Below, one piece after another: positions 58,766 through 64,000 of a stretch of DNA of 64,000 nucleotides. The stretch covers positions 66,621 to 130,620 of the forward strand of contig JAJXYF010000008.1 of NCBI GenBank assembly GCA_021780755.1, written 5' to 3'. The translations under genes and the position numbers were made by a program. The stretch is from Deltaproteobacteria bacterium. Lineage in GTDB: Bacteria; Desulfobacterota; Binatia; Binatales; Binataceae. Each line of letters opens with the position of its first letter. Position 1 is the first letter of the stretch. Under the pieces are notes generated by a model. That model made no database searches and was not told the origin of the DNA. It worked only from the letters and a program-made list of their open reading frames with translations.

Positions 58766-59704
58766 ATGAACAGGTACACGTTAAAAGCAAAAATGGCGGC
58801 GATAGTGGTCATCATGGGCGCGTTCATCTGCGCGCGGGTGACGGTCGCCGCGGCACAGGACAGCCTCGGTTCTGCCCTGAGCTTCTCATTGCTGTCATTT
58901 GCATCCGATGGCGACGTCGAAATTGGCATTGGCAATGCTTCCAAGGTCACTTCGTCCTTGTGCTTTAATGGCGAGGTCGGTGCCGGTAACGACATCGTTC
59001 TCGGTAATAATGGGCTCTATAGCGGCGATGTGATCAGTTATGAAGGCGACATCACGCTGAACAATTACGCGAAGGTGCAGGGCCAATGCGTCACCAGCGG
59101 CGGGGCCGTAACCCTCAAAGTGGGTGCAAGCTGCGCTGGCGGCACCGATACCACCGGTTCCAATGGACTACTGAGTTTATTAGATTACGCTAACCAGGAC
59201 GGCGGCTATTTTGCGTGCGACGTTGCCTCTGGCACCCCAACTTACTCGGCGTCGGCCATCAATATCGCTGCGGGAAAGCAATTTACCATTACAGACACTG
59301 TTTCCGGCGGTCTGAATTTCATCGACGTACCCTCGATGACGATTGGCAACTCCGCAACCTTGTTCCTGTCGGGCGGAGCGTCCGATACCGTGGTACTGCG
59401 GGTCGATGGCAACACGAGCATCGGGTACGGCGCGAAAATCATGCTGACTGGCGGCTTGACCCCTTTCAACGTGGTTATCGCAACTCAGGGCGGCATCAGC
59501 TTCTGGGGTAATTCCAGCACCGTCAACGGAACCGTTCTTAACGGGCAACCCTTTAACTTCAACGGTCGCGAATGCCCGATCGGGTCAGGTGTTACGGTTA
59601 ATGGCGCGGTTCTTTGCGAGGACGATCTCTCGATGGGGCCGAATGCACGGGTTAATTTCGAGCCGGCATTTGCGGTTCAAGTCCCCTCGACTTGCGCAGA
59701 CTAA
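58766..59704 (+). CDS. secreted DUF3494-like beta-helix family protein, paralog 4
   Basis: GGGGAG RBS, signal peptide. LGSALSFSLLSFASDGDV ... LNNYAKVQGQCVTSGGAVTLKVGASCAGG ... IDVPSMTIGNSATLFLSGGASDTVVLRVDGNTSIGYGAKIMLTGGLTPFNVVI ... VNGAVLCEDDLSMGPNARVNFEP. Confidence 0.6.
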   Translation: MNRYTLKAKMAAIVVIMGAFICARVTVAAAQDSLGSALSFSLLSFASDGDVEIGIGNASKVTSSLCFNGEVGAGNDIVLGNNGLYSGDVISYEGDITLNNYAKVQGQCVTSGGAVTLKVGASCAGGTDTTGSNGLLSLLDYANQDGGYFACDVASGTPTYSASAINIAAGKQFTITDTVSGGLNFIDVPSMTIGNSATLFLSGGASDTVVLRVDGNTSIGYGAKIMLTGGLTPFNVVIATQGGISFWGNSSTVNGTVLNGQPFNFNGRECPIGSGVTVNGAVLCEDDLSMGPNARVNFEPAFAVQVPSTCAD

Positions 59705-59885
59705 GCAAGGTTTCACGGAGAGCGGGCAATAGGAGCCTGCAATTCAGAGCGCGCGAAGCCGCCCTTCGGGTATCACCCGGGGGGCGGCTCGTCACAACGG
59801 GGTGGTTGGTTTTGTCGAGGTCGCTGAGAACCCGGCAATCATGGAAGTGACACACACCAGACAAAATGAGGTCGAATGCTAACGT

Positions 59886-60458
59886 TTACTCGCTCGGAGT
59901 GATCTTGGTGATCTTTGATCCCTCAAGGCCGATGCCGCCCATCAGACCCTGTTGGCTGAAGACGAATGCATAGACATCCGACCGCAAATTGGTCGTCGTG
60001 AGCGACCGCGCCGCTCCTTGGTCAACCACGACAATACTCGGTCCGGTACCGATCGCCCAGCCCCCGCTCTTATCGAGGTAGGTCAGTGCTGAGTCTGTCA
60101 TGAAAAACAAGGCGTAACCAAATTTCTTTACCCCAGCCTGGAGCCCATACGAGGCAGCACCGGTTCTGTAGTAGCCGACGGTACTAGCACCTTTTCGGAG
60201 CGCCCCGTAACCGTACTGCGCACCGACGATGAAGGCCGCTTTTTTTATATCCGGGAAGACGAGGACCGCCTTGGCCTTTACCCCGAGATCTTTCGCCGCT
60301 TCGTTCTGCAAATACAGTTCCCGCAGTGCGGCAGTTACGTTCTGATCGATCTCGGATGCTTTGGGAGCCAGTGGAGAGGCCTGGGCAAATACCCTGACAC
60401 TTAGGGCAGATCCCAGCGCAATTTGTAACAGTGCGACTATGGCCAATCGTTTCAACAT
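59886..60458 (-). CDS. SYLF (Ysc84-like, DUF500) lipid-binding domain protein, secreted
   Basis: Signal peptide MLKRLAIVALLQIALGSA, then the SYLF pattern (AKAVLVFPDIKKAAFIVGAQYGYGAL...GYYRTGAASYGLQAG). Confidence 0.6.
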   Translation of the reverse strand: MLKRLAIVALLQIALGSALSVRVFAQASPLAPKASEIDQNVTAALRELYLQNEAAKDLGVKAKAVLVFPDIKKAAFIVGAQYGYGALRKGASTVGYYRTGAASYGLQAGVKKFGYALFFMTDSALTYLDKSGGWAIGTGPSIVVVDQGAARSLTTTNLRSDVYAFVFSQQGLMGGIGLEGSKITKITPSE

Positions 60459-60477
60459 AGATATCACCGAGCCTTGT

Positions 60478-60834
60478 TTAGATTCGCACGACCACATTCC
60501 AATCCCCGATCAGCGCTTCTTTTAAGTAAGCGGTAGGGATTACGCCTGGCCTGCCAGCACAGGGTGCGCCGACGGTTTGTAACCATTCGGTTTTCGCCGC
60601 TTCGGCAGCTCGGGAAACTTCTTCATATGAAATCAGTCCAGCGGCTTCGTCCATGCCGAGGTTCTGGCGGCGGCGATGTCGGCCACGCGTTGCGCCTCTC
60701 GATACCTGGGTCTCAATCAGCTCGAAGGCGGGATGATCATCGCTAGCTCTGCAGGCCCAGCAAGGCCCTGTTCGTTGCGAAAGATGCCGAGGCACCTCCG
60801 ACGCGGTGAGAAATTCAACCTCACGGTCCCACAT
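60478..60834 (-). pseudogene. degenerate duplicate of the PPK2 3' end (non-functional ORF remnant)
   Basis: Its C-terminal part (ETQVSRGATRGRHRRRQNLGMDEAAGLISYEEV) parallels the PPK2 C-terminus (ETTPWFVVDADDKRRARLNCISHLLSLIPYEEV). DNA 60518-60627 aligns with 60875-60990. Confidence 0.4.
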
Positions 60835-61231
60835 CTGCGACTTCAGCCCGCTCCACTGTCTGGATCGAAGCCTCTTTCAGTAAGCGGCAGGGACACGCCG
60901 GACAGGTTGCGCTGGTTGTTTGTAACCGTTCGGCTTTTGCCGCTCCGGCAGCTTGACTTTTTTTTGGGGAACTTCCTCATATGGAATCAGGCTCAGAAGA
61001 TGCGAAATGCAATTGAGCCGCGCGCGTCGCTTGTCGTCTGCGTCGACGACGAACCATGGAGTTGTCTCGGTATCGGTTGCAGCCATCATCTCGTCACGGG
61101 CTCGTGAGTAATCGTACCAACGGCGATGTGACTCAAGATCCATTGGACTGAGTTTCCAGATTTTGCGCCCGTCGTTGATACGCGATAAGAATCGACGCGT
61201 TTGCTCCTTCTGGCTGACCTCGAACCAGTAT
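60518..61231. repeat. tandem direct duplication, unit ~357 bp (60518-60874 / 60875-61231), diverged
   Basis: The best-conserved core is ...agtaagcggNagggaNacgcc...gtttgtaaccNttcgg...ttcNtcatatgNaatcag, present in both copies. Copy 2 is the genuine PPK2 3' end. Confidence 0.55.
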
Positions 61232-61716
61232 TTGATTAGGATTATTCCTGAGTGAACGAAGGCCTCTTCAACCGGAGGGCAATTTCTCAGGAAGTATCTT
61301 GCCTGCTCTTCCGTACAGAAGCCCATCACGCGCTCGACCAACGCTCGGTTGTACCAACTCCGGTCGAAGATCACGATCTCCCCCGCCGCCGGAAGATGCG
61401 CGATGTACCGCTGAATATACATCTGAGATTTTTCGCGTTCGGTCGGAGCGGGCAACGCCACTACTCTGAAGACGCGAGGGCTGACTCGTTCCGTGATGCG
61501 TTTAATTACGCCTCCTTTTCCGGCGGCGTCGCGCCCTTCGAACAATATGACAATTTTCGCGCCGGTATGCTTGACCCACTCCTGAAGCTTCACCAATTCG
61601 ACGTGAAGCTTGTTCAGTTCCTTGTCGAAGTTCGCGAGCTTGAGTTTCGCGTGCTTTGAAGACCCACGGGCTCCATTCTCATCGATGCCGGCATTGATTC
61701 CCGCTTGCTTCGCCAT
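60877..61716 (-). CDS. ppk2: polyphosphate kinase 2 family protein
   Basis: PPK2 Walker A FEGRDAAGKGG, lid RSWYNRALVERVMGF, PWFVVDADDK. ~280 aa. Confidence 0.8.
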   Translation of the reverse strand: MAKQAGINAGIDENGARGSSKHAKLKLANFDKELNKLHVELVKLQEWVKHTGAKIVILFEGRDAAGKGGVIKRITERVSPRVFRVVALPAPTEREKSQMYIQRYIAHLPAAGEIVIFDRSWYNRALVERVMGFCTEEQARYFLRNCPPVEEAFVHSGIILIKYWFEVSQKEQTRRFLSRINDGRKIWKLSPMDLESHRRWYDYSRARDEMMAATDTETTPWFVVDADDKRRARLNCISHLLSLIPYEEVPQKKVKLPERQKPNGYKQPAQPVRRVPAAY

Positions 61717-62365
61717 TGAACCAAATTTCCTCGCGCATTCCGGATCTATAAGACCAATGCCTGGCCACACCCGGACAATCGCAAGATCGCTGATGTCGGT
61801 CCTTGTTCCGGCGAAGCAAATTCAGGGCCGCACTAGAATCAGCGAGAACTCTGTTCTTTGCGTCGTATTTCTCGGCGCGGATTGCTGTTTCAGTGTTTCC
61901 TTTCGCTCCAGTCGCTACAGGAAATGACTCCTTTGGCTCGTCATCCCTCAAAGGGCTTAAGAAGATGCCGCCTCCACTGGCTAAGGACATGGGCACGGTT
62001 GTTGCCACAAAAGGAGAAGAGCCACATGGCCCTGACAGGAGAACATGGACAACCGAGGTCGAAGCTGGTTCCGTACTGAAGCTCCAGCCGAAATCCGTGA
62101 GTTCGTCGATGCCAATGGAGTCTCGACAACTATCGCGCCGATGGCCTGCGTTCTTCAGTTCGTTCGTCAAAGCTTGTCGTGATTCCGTTGGAGGCTGTGG
62201 GGGCGGGCACAGTTTGTCGGTCTGCTTTCAAGGCTAAATCGCAGCCTATGAAATACGGGTTTTGACGCGGACGGTTCGGTTCGCCACGGCTCGCTCGCTC
62301 AAGGACGGGAGACCAAAGATGCGTTCATGCTGGGTTGGCCGGATTTACTCGGTAGGTTCACCTCA

Positions 62366-63385
62366 ATGTCGAGAAAACTGATCCTCGGCGTGGTCATAGT
62401 CGCCGCAGTTGGTGGAGGCGTTATCGCGTGGCTCATCCTCTCCAAACCCGCCCTACCGGCCGGGTTCGCGGGCGGTAACGGCAGACTTGAAGCCAAGCAG
62501 ATCGACATCGCGACAAAGTATCCGGGCAGAATCAAGGCGGTCCTTGCTGATGAAGGGGATACAGTCGACGCGGGGCAAGTCGTCGCTACCATGGATACCG
62601 AGCCGCTCGAGGCTCAGTTGCGTGAGGCTGAAGCCCGGATCGTGGAGGCTCAAGATAATCGGCGCACCGCGCTGGCCGAGGTCACGGTTAAACGAAGTGA
62701 GCTGGCATACGCCGACAAACAGTACAAACGTTCCAAGGAATTAGTCGTCCGTGGAGCGGTGAGCGAACAGGAAAAGGATATCGATCTGTCCCACCTGGAG
62801 GTGGCTCGGTCCGCGTTGCTCGGGGTGCAGGCCCAAGCGGTTCGAACACAATCCGCTATCGATGCGGCAACGGCGGTGGCCCAAAGGCTGAAGGCCGAAA
62901 TCAAGGACAGCGTTCTCAGGGCTCCGGTCAGAGGACGGATACAGGAGCGCATGGCGGAGCCGGGCGAAGTCCTCTCAGGAGGGGGCAAGGTACTCACACT
63001 GATCGACTTGAGCAAGGTGTACATGTACGTCTTCCTTCCTGAGAGCGTCGCCGGGAAGGTAGCTTTGGGATCGGAAGGCAGAATCGTTCTCGATGCCGCT
63101 CCCGAATATCCGATCTGGGCGGTTGTGTCATACGTCTCCTCCAGTGCGCAATTTACTCCCAAGACAGTCGAGACCGCAGAGGAACGCCACAATCTGACTT
63201 TCCGCGTAAAGCTGCAGCTTGACGCGAACCGTCTGCGTCAATTCGAGCCCTATGTGAAGGTTGGAATTCCGGGCATGGGGTACGTTCGCTTCGACCAAAA
63301 CGCGCCGTGGCCCCAGATGCTCCAGGTGAAGTCAGTGATGCCCGGCCAGCTCTGGCATCCAACTGGATCGACGGCCTCGCAATGA
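62366..63385 (+). CDS. HlyD-family membrane-fusion / periplasmic adaptor protein
   Basis: N-terminal TM anchor, coiled-coil hairpin ([26 protein letters not shown]...), and beta-barrel/lipoyl motifs ([20 protein letters not shown]). Confidence 0.75.
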   Translation: MSRKLILGVVIVAAVGGGVIAWLILSKPALPAGFAGGNGRLEAKQIDIATKYPGRIKAVLADEGDTVDAGQVVATMDTEPLEAQLREAEARIVEAQDNRRTALAEVTVKRSELAYADKQYKRSKELVVRGAVSEQEKDIDLSHLEVARSALLGVQAQAVRTQSAIDAATAVAQRLKAEIKDSVLRAPVRGRIQERMAEPGEVLSGGGKVLTLIDLSKVYMYVFLPESVAGKVALGSEGRIVLDAAPEYPIWAVVSYVSSSAQFTPKTVETAEERHNLTFRVKLQLDANRLRQFEPYVKVGIPGMGYVRFDQNAPWPQMLQVKSVMPGQLWHPTGSTASQ

Positions 63386-64000
63386 AGGAGAGCACCACAT
63401 ATGAGTCGGCTGCGACTCTAAGACAGGTCGCGCAACATTATGGAAACGTCGCCGCTCTCGATGGCGTGGACCTGGACATCCCCGCGCGAAAAATGATCGG
63501 CCTGATAGGCCCCGACGGGGTTGGAAAATCCACCCTCCTCAGTCTAATTGCGGGCGTTCGACGCATACAGACTGGAGAGGTCAGCGCACTTGGCGGCGAC
63601 ATGGCCAATGCGCATTTCCGTAATTCCGTCTTCGCGCGCATTGCATATATGCCCCAAGGGCTGGGAAAGAACCTTTATCCGACCCTGTCGATCTTCGAAA
63701 ATGTCGATTTCTTCGGGCGTCTGTTTGGGCAGTCGCGTGAGGAGCGCGAGTGGCGGATACGCGAGTTGTTCGCCAGTACCGACCTGACACCGTTCCGCGA
63801 TCGCCCCGCAGGAAAGTTGTCCGGCGGGATGAAGCAAAAGCTGGGGCTGTGCTGTTCGTTGATTCACGACCCGGATCTGTTGATCCTCGACGAGCCAACC
63901 ACCGGAGTTGACCCTCTGGCGCGCAGGCAGTTCTGGGAGCTGATCGACCGCATCCGGCTTCGCCGCCCGAGAATGAGCGTGCTTGTCGCAACCGCTTACA
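63382..64000 (+). CDS. ABC transporter ATP-binding protein, 3'-partial (YbhF-like, paired with the upstream HlyD adaptor)
   Basis: Walker [11 protein letters not shown]-loop, signature LSGGMKQKL, Walker [12 protein letters not shown] overlaps the HlyD stop (ATGA). Runs off the window end. Confidence 0.8.
   Translation, partial: MKESTTYESAATLRQVAQHYGNVAALDGVDLDIPARKMIGLIGPDGVGKSTLLSLIAGVRRIQTGEVSALGGDMANAHFRNSVFARIAYMPQGLGKNLYPTLSIFENVDFFGRLFGQSREEREWRIRELFASTDLTPFRDRPAGKLSGGMKQKLGLCCSLIHDPDLLILDEPTTGVDPLARRQFWELIDRIRLRRPRMSVLVATAY

Noticed and set aside
59752-59797. Compound hairpin (GCCGCCC...GGGCGGC with inner CGGG/CCCG stem) after DUF3494-like paralog 4
   Set aside because: Short 7-bp outer stem with a 17-nt loop and no U-tract. 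Too weak to call a terminator with confidence.
61771-62365. Several 60-160-aa ORFs (61679-62170-, 61803-62237+, 61858-62079+) and a 45-aa ORF (62045-62182, MDNRGRSWFRTEAPAEIREFVDANGVSTTIAPMACVLQ...) in the ppk2-hlyD spacer
   Set aside because: They are mutually overlapping with no RBS and no family signature. The 45-aa ORF has a faint resemblance to IS3 OrfA N-termini but no HTH and no transposase ORF follows. Treated as non-coding promoter region.

Overview
High-GC (~65-68%) bacterial chromosome segment, probably from a deltaproteobacterial, acidobacterial or Binatia-like soil lineage. Two compartments are visible. (1) Positions 1-19300 are conserved core genes on the + strand: lysC (5' partial), cimA, cysE, a frameshifted phzF-like gene (-), a cysteine desulfurase, mnmA, a MiaB-family methylthiotransferase, rnc, era and der. 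These are followed by a small redox/hydrolase cluster (two LLM-class oxidoreductases, an EthD protein, an MBL-fold lactonase-like enzyme), an M20 deacylase, and a divergent AstA-like N-succinyltransferase plus DDAH-like hydrolase pair. (2) Positions ~19300-62000 are an accessory, cell-envelope-oriented region with GC dipping to ~40-55% in places. It opens with a scar of gene remnants (an oxidoreductase fragment and a PsiE-like fragment). It then holds an octaheme cytochrome c fused to HEAT/TPR repeats, lipoproteins and a K+ channel. Next comes a low-GC islet with an unclassified 294-aa protein and a 62-aa small ORF whose sequence fits the lasso-peptide leader motif. Four paralogous secreted proteins resemble the DUF3494 (ice-binding-like) beta-helix family. 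A 1345-aa NHL-repeat protein and a Kelch beta-propeller protein, both with domains resembling choice-of-anchor D, sit between them. A complete Wzx/Wzy-type exopolysaccharide locus follows: Wza, Wzc BY-kinase, Fcl, a WecB/TagA/CpsF-family glycosyltransferase, an initiating sugar-phosphate transferase, a flippase, a tri-domain nucleotidyltransferase/P-loop-kinase/APH-like protein, two GT4 enzymes and a Wzy-like protein. Downstream are tandem right-handed beta-helix paralogs, a SAM methyltransferase, a SYLF-domain protein and PPK2, ending in a HlyD-family adaptor plus ABC ATPase (3' partial). Two local tandem duplications (~332 bp and ~357 bp) each copy a gene 3' end. No tRNA/rRNA genes, CRISPR arrays, transposases or integrases were found. 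Many long antisense ORFs in the track are GC-rich frame artefacts.
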